64,000 bases of DNA from Nitrososphaeria archaeon (GCA_029775855.1 JARVJZ010000003.1:162416-226415); one strand, 5' to 3'; positions 29,856 to 39,885 are shown, numbered from the stretch's first letter. Notes: generated from the letters alone by a model not told the origin. Made by a program: numbers and translations.

Positions 29856-32079
29856 CTACTCTTTATCAATGAATTCTTCTGCCCTAGGAGGCTCCTCAGG
29901 GAGTCCCTTCCTCTTTCTGATCTCTCTTATCACATTCATCATCATAGAGCTGGGAACAGGAGACCAAGCTTTGAAGTGTGTGTTCCATATAGCTTTACCA
30001 GCAGTAGCCCCACGCATAACTTCTGATAAGTCAAAGGTTTCAGAAGCAGGCACTTCACCCTCTATTATCGCCATAGTCTCCTTCTGAATTATATTCAAGG
30101 TCTTACCACGCTTAGCAGATATAACACTAGCAACCGCTCCAATCATGTCAGCCGGACATTTAACCTCTATACCCAGCATAGGCTCCAACAGAACAGGATC
30201 AGCTGAAAGCAGCGCACCCAGTATCGCTCTTCTTGTAGCTGGCATAAGTTGTGCATAAGTTCTATGAGCTGGATCTTCATGAGGCACAAAATGGTGGAGA
30301 ATAACTTTTACACCCCTAGTATATTCATGAGCCAACGCGCCGGTTATCATTACATCAACGAATCCAGCTCTAATCGAGTCTAAAGATTCTTGAAGGAATT
30401 GCACACCCTTCGTTAAGTCAAGTAGCAGATTACCTCTCTCATCTATAGCGACTACGCTTCTAGCTTCCTCAGCATCCCAGCCCTGCTCTCTAAGTATCTT
30501 GGCTATCTCCTTTCTATCTAAGTTTTCATTTATTCTCCCTGTTCTTATGAGGTTGATCTCATTTTCAGTTAATGGCGCCACCCTAATATAGATCTTGTTA
30601 TGCTTGTTAGGTGACTTCGCCATAACGGGTCCAGCTGAGCTTCTTATAGTTTCACGGTAGTTGATTAGCGGCTTTGATGTTATTATTTCAACACCTTGTT
30701 GCTGAATTAGTGTTGTTGCTATCTCGAGGTGTAGTACACCCATCCCAGACATAAGCATTTCACCCGTTTCTTCGTTGATCTTGATTACGAGGTTAGGGTC
30801 TTCTATGCTGAGCCTATGAAGAACATCAACTAACTTAGGTAAGTCCCTTGGATGCTTAGGCTCCACCGCCACGGTAACCACAGGTTCAGATACATACTTT
30901 ATCGACTCAAACGGGACAAGGTCTTTTATTGAAGATATCGTCTCACCAGCCCTAGCGTGTTCAAGCCCAAGCAGCGCTGGTATATTACCCGCACCAAGCA
31001 CACCTATTATCTCTCTATACGGTCCCATGAACATGTTGACAGATTGAATTCTCTCTTCTCTTTTAGAGCCTATAAGATATACCTTATCTCCATCTCTAAC
31101 GGTTCCCGAGAAGAGTCTACCAGTAGCGACTACACCTGCTTGAGGATCTACTACAACATTTGTAACCATCATAACTATGGGACCATTCTCATCACAGTTC
31201 AAAAGCGCTTTACCGACCTCTGAATCTAGATCACCTTTCCATATCCTTGGGATACGGTATCTTTGGGCTACATCTGGTGGTGGGTGATGCTTAATTACCA
31301 TACTTAATATCGCTTCGTGGAGCGGAAAGTTTTGAGCTAATTCTGAAGCAGTGCCTTTAGTGTATGCATCATATACGTCACTAAATCTTATCCCCTTCTT
31401 CTGCGCTATCTCAAGGTTAAATCCCCATCGGTCCTTGGCTGAGCCGAAGGATACGCTGTTATCTTGTATGCTGACCTTCCATTTCTCCTTGTATTCCGGC
31501 TCAGCGTAAATAGAGATAAGGTGATTAAAGTCATTCACTATACCTGCAAGCCACTGCTGCATCCGCTCAGGCGTAAGTCTTAGCTCCTTTACCAACCGAT
31601 CTATCTTATTAATGTAGAGCACCGGCCTAACCCTCTCTTCAAGCGCTTGACGGGTTACAGTCTCTGTCTGAGTCATGACACCTTCAACAGCATCTGTTAC
31701 GACAACAGCGCCATCAATAGCCCTAAGGCTCCTCGTAACCCTACCAGTAAAGTCTATGTGCCCCGGTGTATCAATCATATTCAAAACATAAGGTGTGTTA
31801 TTATACTCATAGTAAAGTGTGACGTTAGCAGCCTTGATGGTCATCTGCCTCTGCTGCTCGAGATCCATGTAGTCGAGGGCTAAAGCTTGCCCAGCTACAG
31901 AGGGGCTTAGTAGCCCACAAGCAGCAAGTAGGCTATCACTCATCGTAGTTTTACCGTGATCTACGTGGGCAATAACACCAAAATTATTCGGGCTAGTCCT
32001 TTGTGGGCTAAGCCTTTCGAATCTGGTTCTTATTGCCTATGATCTTCATGATTTCCGCTGTCGTCTTATACTTCGGCAT
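29856..32079 (-). CDS. fusA: Elongation factor 2; two exons (32079-32016 and 31984-29856), 730 aa after splicing
   Basis: Exon 1 MPKYKTTAEIMKIIGNKNQIR follows a GGTGG SD; exon 2 (N)FGVIAHVDHGKTT, DTPGH, NKID, diphthamide loop HEDPAHR. Confidence 0.95.
31985..32015 (-). other. 31-nt bulge-helix-bulge intron in EF-2 mRNA
   Basis: AGA/TTT - TTCG/CGAA helix - AAA and TAA bulges - GGCT/AGCC inner stem; removal gives CAG ATT CGA AAT TTT GGT. Confidence 0.9.
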
Positions 32080-32125
32080 CAGCCACCACCTTCCTTTGGT
32101 CTAACTATCAGCCCATATCCTCCAC

Positions 32126-32133
32126 TATTTATA
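32126..32133 (-). promoter_or_regulatory. TATA box of fusA
   Basis: TATAAATA preceded by an A-rich BRE-like stretch. Confidence 0.55.
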
Positions 32134-32159
32134 GGTGTTTACGCTTTTGCTCAAATATT

Positions 32160-32801
32160 CTACTCTATGTTCGCGTGCCTATTTCTCATCTCTTCCTCGC
32201 TGAGCCTATGTTTCTCAAGCAGTACTGATACTACCGCGTCGAAGAGCACCATACACGAGTCTTCGAATAATGTGCCTAGCGGCGCTAAGGGTTCGTGTAG
32301 CCCAAGTATCTGCCTCGCAAAGTAGTCTTCTCTACTCTGCTTATGATCCATAACCCTACCTTTCACAGTAACCTTTAGGTCTGCGAGTTTACCTATTGGA
32401 GAATCTGGAAAAGAGGTGACTGCGACTATTTCTGCACCAACCGCTTTGGCTGCCTCCGCTGCTGCAACTACGAGTTTTGTTGCGCCTGAGCCTGAGATTG
32501 CTATAACTAGGTCTTTTTCACCTATCGATGGGACGAGTGTGTCTCCTAGTATGTGGACTTGGTAGCCTAGGTGTAGAAGTCTAAGTGCGAAGGCTCTGCC
32601 AACCATTCCACTTCGCCCCGCTCCCATTACGAGAATCTTACTATCCCTATGCTTCATGATCTTCTCCACGAATAGCCCTATCTCTTCTTCTGAAATCTGC
32701 GATACGGTCTGGGTTATGAGTGTTAGAAGCCCTATCATACTACTCTTAACTTCTCCGCCGACCTCAGCAGCCAAGAATACACACTCAGCTTGTGGCGCCA
32801 A
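32160..32801 (-). CDS. hxlB: 6-phospho-3-hexuloisomerase (SIS domain); start uncertain
   Basis: [36 protein letters not shown]. Confidence 0.92.
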   Translation of the reverse strand: MAPQAECVFLAAEVGGEVKSSMIGLLTLITQTVSQISEEEIGLFVEKIMKHRDSKILVMGAGRSGMVGRAFALRLLHLGYQVHILGDTLVPSIGEKDLVIAISGSGATKLVVAAAEAAKAVGAEIVAVTSFPDSPIGKLADLKVTVKGRVMDHKQSREDYFARQILGLHEPLAPLGTLFEDSCMVLFDAVVSVLLEKHRLSEEEMRNRHANIE

Positions 32802-32836
32802 TCACGAGCTAAAAAAGTTTACTCAACAAATAGGGT

Positions 32837-33580
32837 TCAGCCAGTAAGGTTAAGGAAGTATAGTAGTAGTGTTGTAAAGAGCATTATGCTTGCTATGCCG
32901 ACCAACTTATCTCTCTTCTTAAGGGTTAGTGTGTAGAGTGAGGTTGGCTTCTTGACTGCGCCATATGCTCTTGCCTCCATGGCTTCTGCGAGTTCGCTGC
33001 TTCTTATTACCGCCGTCACTACTAGTGGAATAAGTATAGGTGCGAGTTTTCTTATTCGGTTGATGAAGTTTCCCTTCTCTAACTCGAGTCCTCTGGACTT
33101 CTGTGCGTCCATTATCTGTATGGCGTCGAGCATAAGCACGGGCACGAATCTGACCGCTGTGACAAATGCGAAGACCACATCTTGAGGGACTTTGAACCAC
33201 CTTAGCACATACTCAAGCTCATCTGGCGAAGTTGTGAGAAAGAATAGTGAAGTTGAACCTACAATAGCAACAAACCTAACCGCCAACACAAAAGAGGTTA
33301 TTATAGAATAGCCTACTAGAAAGTTTATCACGAATATGAGCACCGAGAAGCCGGCTGAAAACATCAGTGTGCGGTATACACGCTTTAAGATCTTGGCTAA
33401 AGCGGCTATGGTGAAGATCGCTGCTAAAGATATTCCTATGTGGATTAAGGTTGAGCTGATTAGTGATAATGCAAACAGTTCGATTGATATGAGCAGTTTT
33501 ATTCTTGGGTCAAGAATGTGGATAGGTGAATCCCCTCTTCTGAATATAAATGCGTTAGCTACCCAATACATTATGCACAC
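32837..33580 (-). CDS. ecfT: ECF transporter T component
   Basis: H.LDPR.KL, AQKSRG, AMEARAY. Confidence 0.9.
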   Translation of the reverse strand: MCIMYWVANAFIFRRGDSPIHILDPRIKLLISIELFALSLISSTLIHIGISLAAIFTIAALAKILKRVYRTLMFSAGFSVLIFVINFLVGYSIITSFVLAVRFVAIVGSTSLFFLTTSPDELEYVLRWFKVPQDVVFAFVTAVRFVPVLMLDAIQIMDAQKSRGLELEKGNFINRIRKLAPILIPLVVTAVIRSSELAEAMEARAYGAVKKPTSLYTLTLKKRDKLVGIASIMLFTTLLLYFLNLTG

Positions 33581-34386
33581 CTAAACCTATCCAAAATCCA
33601 CTTCTTTGCTGTGTAGATGTTATCGAAGACTTCTCCATCACCAACGTTGAGGCGTTGAGCGAGCTCAACGAGCTGCGGCTTGATTAACCTAGCCTCTGCT
33701 AAAAGCGAATCATCTGTAAAGACCTTTGACGCAGGCTTATCTGCTATAATCTTTCCTCTGCTCATAACTATGGTTCTAGGCTGCATGGGCCAAAGAAACT
33801 CTATGTCGTGTGAAACCAAGATGACCGTCTTACCTTGCGTCAGTAGGAGGCGAATTATCTGCTCCAGCTTCTCCTTATTTAGGAGATCCTGCCCCACAGT
33901 AGGTTCGTCGAGCACAAGTACGTCTGGGTCCCAAGCTAGTACCGCTGCTAAGCAGAGTCTCTTTTTTTCACCTCCGCTCAACATCATAGGTGATGTGGTT
34001 GCGTATTCATTCAGCCCAAAGAATCTGAGCGCCCAGTCGACTCTTTGCTTCACCACTTCATGGCTGAAGCCGAAGTTTCTTAAGCCGAATTCAACTTCAT
34101 GCTCCACTGTGTCTGAGAAGAGTTGGTGGTCTGAGTTCTGAAATACCACCCCTACCCTTCGTGAGAGGCTCGCTACTGTTTGCTGTGTGGTGTCGTAGCC
34201 GAAGACCTTGACCGTGCCTTTTGTAGGCTTGAGTAGTCCGTTCATATGCTTGACTAGAGTTGTTTTACCAGCGCCGTTTGCTCCAACGATTGCTACTAAC
34301 TCACCTTGCCCGAACTTTACAGTAATATCATCAAGCGCCTTTACCCCAGCTGGGTGTATGTAGGTGACGCTGTTGAATTCTATCAT
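33571..34386 (-). CDS. ecfA: ECF transporter ATPase
   Basis: GANGAGKT, FQN, LSGGEKKR, LDEPT.GQD. Confidence 0.9.
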   Translation of the reverse strand: MIEFNSVTYIHPAGVKALDDITVKFGQGELVAIVGANGAGKTTLVKHMNGLLKPTKGTVKVFGYDTTQQTVASLSRRVGVVFQNSDHQLFSDTVEHEVEFGLRNFGFSHEVVKQRVDWALRFFGLNEYATTSPMMLSGGEKKRLCLAAVLAWDPDVLVLDEPTVGQDLLNKEKLEQIIRLLLTQGKTVILVSHDIEFLWPMQPRTIVMSRGKIIADKPASKVFTDDSLLAEARLIKPQLVELAQRLNVGDGEVFDNIYTAKKWILDRFRCA

Positions 34387-35225
34387 CTTTGAGCCACGTT
34401 TATCTGCTCAACAAACTCCGACGGGGTAAGAGGTAGGTGTTTAAAGATGCAAGCGTCCTTTAGTAGATGTCTTAATCTGACTATAGATGGTACGCCCACC
34501 CCTACTGTGAGTAGCCTGTCGTCCTTTAAGACCTCTCTTGGTTCATTGTTGGAGATTATTTTACCGTCTTCCATAACGATGAGTCTATCCGCTATCGAAA
34601 CTAGAAGGTCAAGCCTATGCTCTACCACAATTACAGTAAGCTTCAGCGTGTCGTGTAGATGCTTAACCGTGGTTATTAGGTCGAGTGCGCTCAGCGGGTC
34701 TAAAAGTGAGGTCGGTTCATCTAATATTAGGATCTTAGGCTTCATAGCCAACACTCCGGCGATTGCCACACGCTGCTTCTGCCCGTCAGAGATTTCGTGA
34801 GGTGCTCTATGCATTATCTCCCTTATACCAAGAAGATCGATAGCCCAGTCAACACGCTTCTTGATCTCCTCTCTAGGCAGACCGAGGTTCTCAAGACCGA
34901 AGGCAATATCCCTCTCGACCGAAAACATGAAGATTTGGTTTTCAGGGTTTTGAAAGACATATCCCACGTGCTTGGCGATTTCAGAAATCGTATGCTCGGA
35001 TACCTTAAGATTATTTATGTAAACCTCTCCTATGTATGTGCCGCTATACATGTGTGGTATGAGTCCATTTATGCTTCTTAGGAGGGTTGATTTGCCACAG
35101 CCGCTAGGGCCGGCTATGATCGCTATCTCCCCATCATCTATGCTTAGGTTTACATCTGTTAGCGCTGGTCTTGGAGAGCCTGCGTAGTGGAATGTGAACC
35201 CTTTTATTTCAATGATCTTCGGCAA
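34383..35225 (-). CDS. ecfA: ECF transporter ATPase
   Basis: GPSGCGKST, FQNPENQ, SDGQKQR, LDEPTSLLD. Confidence 0.9.
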   Translation of the reverse strand: MPKIIEIKGFTFHYAGSPRPALTDVNLSIDDGEIAIIAGPSGCGKSTLLRSINGLIPHMYSGTYIGEVYINNLKVSEHTISEIAKHVGYVFQNPENQIFMFSVERDIAFGLENLGLPREEIKKRVDWAIDLLGIREIMHRAPHEISDGQKQRVAIAGVLAMKPKILILDEPTSLLDPLSALDLITTVKHLHDTLKLTVIVVEHRLDLLVSIADRLIVMEDGKIISNNEPREVLKDDRLLTVGVGVPSIVRLRHLLKDACIFKHLPLTPSEFVEQINVAQR

Positions 35226-35271
35226 GGCGCATCACATTTTCTAAAGTAGGTGTATTAATCGTTATCTAAAA

Positions 35272-36303
35272 CTAGGTTATCTCTAGCAGCTCAGCATCGA
35301 TCTTCTTGGCTAAAGTGAGGAGAGTTCTATCGCAGGCTTGCTGGAGAGGCGGTTTAACTGTAAATGATGCTGCGCCGGCGTGCCCGCCGCCAGCCCCTTT
35401 GAGCGCTGAGCCAACCTTTTCGGCGACATCTATACCCAGATGCACTCCACTCTTCTCGCAGAATTCCTGAGTCGCTCTTAAGCTGCCCCTAACCTCGCCG
35501 TCTACCTCTCCCAAAGATACGGCGACATCAGCACCTAGGTCGATTAAAGCCCTTGCTGCTGAAGCTTGGTAAGAGCCTACTTGGGTAAGCGCTACGATCC
35601 AATCCTCTAGCCTATAGATCTTAAGCCTCTGAGCGGCTTTTAGTCTAGCGATCTTTTCTGATATGTCCTTCTTGACTCGAAGTTTCTGCCTAGCTTTGCT
35701 GAGTGTGGCTCCGTATCTGCAGAGTTTGACTGCGTTTTCAAGTGTTGCGCATTCGGCAAGATTTAGATTAGCGGTATCTGTTATTAAACCCAGTAGAAGG
35801 GCTTCAGCGACCTTACGGGGGATCTTCACATGCTTGGCTTCATGTAGTGTGAGCACAATTTCACAAGTGGAGGTTGACTCTTCATCAATAAGCAGATGGT
35901 CTACAAGCGTCTTAACGCTTTCCGAATGAGGGTGGTGGTCAATAAGCATTTTACTGCAGTTGGAGCGGCTAATGGGTTCAAGCCAATCACTTAAGAGTTG
36001 AGCGTGCCCTGTGTCTACTATAACCAGCATATCTAAGTCGTCAAAATTTGGCGAAGACACCAAGTTAACAGGGTATTCTGAATGCACAGCCTTAGCTATG
36101 GCGCCCAGACCATCAGGAGCAGCAACAGCAACCTCACACCTAGAATTAAGCCTCTTTAAAAGATGAGCGATACCGTAAGCAGACGCATAAGCATCGACAT
36201 CAGCATTCCTATGGGTAACTATAAGCACACGCCGTAAATTCTCCGCCTTCTTAAAAGGAAACTTCTCAAGCACATCAGTATCCAAACCCAACTCCTTAAG
36301 CAT
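35272..36303 (-). CDS. DHH/DHHA1 phosphoesterase (start placed outside the tRNA)
   Basis: H.NAD.DA, VDT, IDHH, GGGH..AA. Confidence 0.9.
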   Translation of the reverse strand: MLKELGLDTDVLEKFPFKKAENLRRVLIVTHRNADVDAYASAYGIAHLLKRLNSRCEVAVAAPDGLGAIAKAVHSEYPVNLVSSPNFDDLDMLVIVDTGHAQLLSDWLEPISRSNCSKMLIDHHPHSESVKTLVDHLLIDEESTSTCEIVLTLHEAKHVKIPRKVAEALLLGLITDTANLNLAECATLENAVKLCRYGATLSKARQKLRVKKDISEKIARLKAAQRLKIYRLEDWIVALTQVGSYQASAARALIDLGADVAVSLGEVDGEVRGSLRATQEFCEKSGVHLGIDVAEKVGSALKGAGGGHAGAASFTVKPPLQQACDRTLLTLAKKIDAELLEIT

Positions 36304-36341
36304 AAAGAGATAATAGTCCCTACTTAAACCCTCCATATAGC

Positions 36342-36455
36342 GGGCCCGTAGCTCAGCCAGGTAGAGCACCGGAGGAGCGAAAGCTTCGGTGAAGCTTTTA
36401 ACCCGGGGGCCCCGGGTCCGAATACCTATGCTGGTAGGGTGTCCCGGCGGGCCCG
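36342..36455 (+). tRNA. tRNA-Lys(UUU) with two introns (36373-36393 at 30/31; 36423-36441 at 59/60)
   Basis: Acceptor GGGCCCG/CGGGCCC-G; D arm GCTC-AGCCAGGTA-GAGC; after splicing CCGGG-CT-TTT-AA-CCCGG and CCGGG-TCCGAAT-CCCGG. Confidence 0.9.
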
Positions 36456-36459
36456 CATT

Positions 36460-37902
36460 TTACTCTTCGGTGTTGTTGTTTCTTTGCCATATGTAGTAGC
36501 GTTTGTTCTGCGCTAAGATTGCCATCTTTTGTATTATTTTGGCTAATGTTTGTATGTTTTTTAGGGTCTGCTTTGTTTCTTCTAGGCTTAGCCTTCTTTT
36601 CTTTATCAGTATGTTTAGGGTGTAGCGTGTGGTATCTGAATTTAGTAGTGTTTCTATGAGGCTTTCTATCTGGTTTGGCTTGAGTTTCTCTAGTTTTTGT
36701 GTTATGTATTGCTTGGCTGCGGCTAGCCTCGGATCTATGTCGTATTTAGTTAGGTGCTGAAGGGTTTCTCTGGATTTTAACGATAGGGTTGAGGTGTATT
36801 CTACTTCTTGCATGCCAGCTTTTTTGAAGAAGGGGTTGTATTTCGCCATCACCGCTAAAGCTTCGACATATTTGTAGCCCACTTTCGGTAAAGTTTCTTT
36901 TACAAGTCTTACTGCTAACCCTACTCCCCTATACTTCGGATGGATCACCACTCTTGATATGGTTATGAAGTCTCGATTCAGATGCTCCACATCCACATGT
37001 CTCCCAAAGTATTTTGTTCTACCTGCGTTTGAATAGGTTGGTGTGCTGTAAACGATTACCCCAACGGTTTCGCCTCTAAGTTCAGCTTTAAAGACCTTTT
37101 TTATGTTGCAGAGCTTCCCATCTCTATAGTGGTAGCGCTTAAGGGTTTCAAGGTCTCTGATTGACCCCTCTTTGACTACAATCTCCTTTAATATGCTGCA
37201 CGGTCTACTTTTAACATCTTCAATATACTTGACTTCAACGGCTTCGCCGAACCCCTTAACTATGTAGATATTCGGCTGTAGATCTTCAAGCAGATCTCTA
37301 TGTGATGTGGCAACCAAAAGTGTTGCTCCTAGGTTTCGAGCCACCTTCTGCACACAGTAAGCAACTATCTTCGCGGTCTCTCGGTCTAAGAGTGAGCAAA
37401 ATTCGTCGAAGACGAGTGTGTTTGCGCCGATAGACATCATTTTCGCTATTTTGAAGCGGTATTTCTGCCCCTCGCTCAGATCTCGATATCTTCTGATGAA
37501 TAAGGTTGCTTCATTCAACCCGGCTAGGCTTAAGTATTTTATCGCCTGCTCCAAGTCTGAGCCTAGGGCTTCAACCAGCACACTATCTTGGTTAACTTCA
37601 ACCTCTTTATCTTGAATCACTTTACCGAAGGAGCCGCTTTCTTTTAAGGCTGACGTTATATCGCTTAGAAGCGTAGACTTCCCTGTGCCTGAGTCGCCGG
37701 TTATGTAGATTACATCCCCAGGCTTTATGTCAATTAAAAGGTCTTTGTATATTGTATTAGGGTTTTCAACCCCTACGCTCAGCCCAAATGCTTCGCTAAC
37801 ACCTATGGTTCTATCTGAGACTTCCGCTTTATCTAAGAATGTCTTTTCGAATCTAAAGATCTTCTTCGGCTTTTTGCAGCTGACTTTTACTTTGATTAGC
37901 AT
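36460..37902 (-). CDS. ABC ATPase-GNAT acetyltransferase fusion
   Basis: GDSGTGKST, LSEGQKYRF, VFDEF, ATSH; ISRVVIHPKYRGVGLA. Confidence 0.88.
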   Translation of the reverse strand: MLIKVKVSCKKPKKIFRFEKTFLDKAEVSDRTIGVSEAFGLSVGVENPNTIYKDLLIDIKPGDVIYITGDSGTGKSTLLSDITSALKESGSFGKVIQDKEVEVNQDSVLVEALGSDLEQAIKYLSLAGLNEATLFIRRYRDLSEGQKYRFKIAKMMSIGANTLVFDEFCSLLDRETAKIVAYCVQKVARNLGATLLVATSHRDLLEDLQPNIYIVKGFGEAVEVKYIEDVKSRPCSILKEIVVKEGSIRDLETLKRYHYRDGKLCNIKKVFKAELRGETVGVIVYSTPTYSNAGRTKYFGRHVDVEHLNRDFITISRVVIHPKYRGVGLAVRLVKETLPKVGYKYVEALAVMAKYNPFFKKAGMQEVEYTSTLSLKSRETLQHLTKYDIDPRLAAAKQYITQKLEKLKPNQIESLIETLLNSDTTRYTLNILIKKRRLSLEETKQTLKNIQTLAKIIQKMAILAQNKRYYIWQRNNNTEE

Positions 37903-37903
37903 C

Positions 37904-39355
37904 TTAGACCTTTATGATGATTCCTGATTGTTTGGCTCCCCAGCATGCTAGAGCGAGCGCGTATGCTAGGTCGTCTGTACAGCCACTTTTCTTGTCAAAG
38001 AGGTATCCACCAATTCTGCTTCGTGTGTATGTGATTGAGTTTAATGCGTTTATTAGAGCAGTGTCGTATGGTATTATGAGTCTGCGCTTCTCCATCTGCA
38101 GCCTTAATTCTGAGAGGATTTCCTGCTTCATCTTAGCTGTTAGAGTTACGCCTTCTACTGGAAGCCCGAGTTCTTTGCAGTGTTCTATAATCGGGTTGCC
38201 CAGTCCAGTCTGATCCATAGAAAGTTTGGTTAGATTGTTTGCTTTATGGTAGTCAGCTATCTCCGCTGTAAACTGTGTGTATGATATGTTGCGTTTGCTG
38301 ACGCTATGGACAACATAAAGGTATTTGTCAACGCATCTCACTACTACGAAGGCAGCTGCGCTGTCCTTCCCTCCTGGGTCATAGCCTCCGTATAGTTCTC
38401 CAATATTTAGTTGAGGTGCGTCGCCTAAGCAGCCTCTGAGTAGGTCGATTGGGAAGTAGGTGCTTTCATCATCTATGAACTGAGCCTCATACTCCTGCCT
38501 ATATCTCACTTCACCTATCAAAGATCTTTGCTCTTCGAGGAATTCTCTGCTGATTAACGGGTTAATCGACGATGGCAGGTGGTAGACCCATTCTCTAGGC
38601 CAGGTTGTGAAAGCCCGATAGGTTATATGGTCTTTGTCCCAAGGTGTTGTAAGGAGCCAAAGCGTGCCATTTGTTGCTGCGAGCATAGGTAGAATCACCC
38701 TCTCTATGACATCTGAAGGTATGAATGCGGCTTCGTCCACAACAGCTAAGTGCACCGTAAACCCTCTTAGTGTAGAACCATACCTACCAGAAGGTAAACA
38801 TAGTATCCTGCTTCGATTCTTAAATAGTATCTGCGTCTTAGTAGCCTTAAGCACAACCATCTTAACCACACTTGACTCAACGAATGACAAAACTTTGCTA
38901 AATGTCTCTAAGCTCTGCCTAAGAGTAGCGGATACGATGATAGATGTGCTTCTGGGATGCGTTAGTGCGTGATATAAAAGTTTGACAGCTGCTAAGGTAG
39001 ATTTCCCAGTCTGCCTACCACAGACCAAGATGAGCCTCTTCGACCTATTGCGTAGCACCTCAACTTGATAAGGGAAGAGGTCCATCCGCAGCACCTTCGC
39101 GGAAAATAAAGCTGGATCTTTTAAGAGTGGTTTGAGTTTCTCATCGAAACGCTCTTTGTAAATAAGCCGGTCAAGCTTGGTTTCGGCGAATTCAAGATAC
39201 CCTAGCTTAGCGAGATGCGGGAAGGTCTGTAGGCAGTTGAGGCATACTTTGCCAGTGTTTAATCTGCAGAAGACGACTTCATCTACAGTATGGTGGCAGC
39301 CTTCAACTAAGAGCTTCTCTAATTCATTCAGAAGACCTTCTCCTTCGGTCTGCAA
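37904..39355 (-). CDS. terL: Terminase large subunit
   Basis: L.PYQ, GRQTGKST, LRG, VVDEAAFI, YRQEYEAQF, GYDPG, DQTGLG, DDLAYALALA. Confidence 0.93.
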   Translation of the reverse strand: MQTEGEGLLNELEKLLVEGCHHTVDEVVFCRLNTGKVCLNCLQTFPHLAKLGYLEFAETKLDRLIYKERFDEKLKPLLKDPALFSAKVLRMDLFPYQVEVLRNRSKRLILVCGRQTGKSTLAAVKLLYHALTHPRSTSIIVSATLRQSLETFSKVLSFVESSVVKMVVLKATKTQILFKNRSRILCLPSGRYGSTLRGFTVHLAVVDEAAFIPSDVIERVILPMLAATNGTLWLLTTPWDKDHITYRAFTTWPREWVYHLPSSINPLISREFLEEQRSLIGEVRYRQEYEAQFIDDESTYFPIDLLRGCLGDAPQLNIGELYGGYDPGGKDSAAAFVVVRCVDKYLYVVHSVSKRNISYTQFTAEIADYHKANNLTKLSMDQTGLGNPIIEHCKELGLPVEGVTLTAKMKQEILSELRLQMEKRRLIIPYDTALINALNSITYTRSRIGGYLFDKKSGCTDDLAYALALACWGAKQSGIIIKV

Positions 39356-39530
39356 AATACCATCCTACAGCCGAGCCGGCTAGCGGTCCAAGGTTTAGAG
39401 CCGCTTCGTTTTTGTCGAGTAGTAGGGATATTATGAGTCCTAGTATGATGAGTATTGCGAGTACGCCTCTGTAGTCTGTGTTTCCTCTGAAGATGCTCTT
39501 TAAGACCTGCTTGGGTTGTTTTTCAGACAA
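39324..39530 (-). CDS. Small two-TM protein (holin-like)
   Basis: Two hydrophobic segments, VGWYF, basic C-terminus. Confidence 0.55.
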   Translation of the reverse strand: MSEKQPKQVLKSIFRGNTDYRGVLAILIILGLIISLLLDKNEAALNLGPLAGSAVGWYFADRRRRSSE

Positions 39531-39885
39531 GTTTTTTCACCCTCCTGTAGTGTTTATCTGGCTTTATTGACTTCATCATCTTCTTCACAACCTTCTCTGG
39601 GATGTGGAATTCAAAGGGTATCTTGCCGAATCTGTAGCCCTTTAAGACTAGGCTTTGAGGTATGCTGTCCCAGATTCTTGCTGCACCATCGGTTATCTCG
39701 TTTACCAAAATGATATGTGGCTTTGAGTAGGTTAGGTCTCGATATATTCCAGCGAAGACGCCTATTGTAAACTGTTCTGTCTTTATGGTGCTTTCCTTGA
39801 CAGATGTGTTAAATCTGATTCCACGGCATCTGCAGGCATCGAGCCAAAGCAACCCAACTATATCCCCAACCTCAAACTCCAACAC
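39523..39885 (-). CDS. Hypothetical virus-type protein (GD.V...WxDA)
   Basis: Coupled to neighbours; WLDA motif and IP...V tail. Confidence 0.65.
   Translation of the reverse strand: MLEFEVGDIVGLLWLDACRCRGIRFNTSVKESTIKTEQFTIGVFAGIYRDLTYSKPHIILVNEITDGAARIWDSIPQSLVLKGYRFGKIPFEFHIPEKVVKKMMKSIKPDKHYRRVKKLV

Noticed and set aside
31944-32079. EF-2 as a pseudogene or sequencing frameshift
   Set aside because: The insertion is a structured 31-nt BHB whose canonical cleavage restores the conserved sequence, and the rest of the gene is intact
36304-36369. N-terminal extension of the DHH ORF
   Set aside because: Overlaps the tRNA and its promoter on the opposite strand
36456-36460. Missing genomic CCA on the tRNA
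   Set aside because: Common in archaea; CCA is added post-transcriptionally
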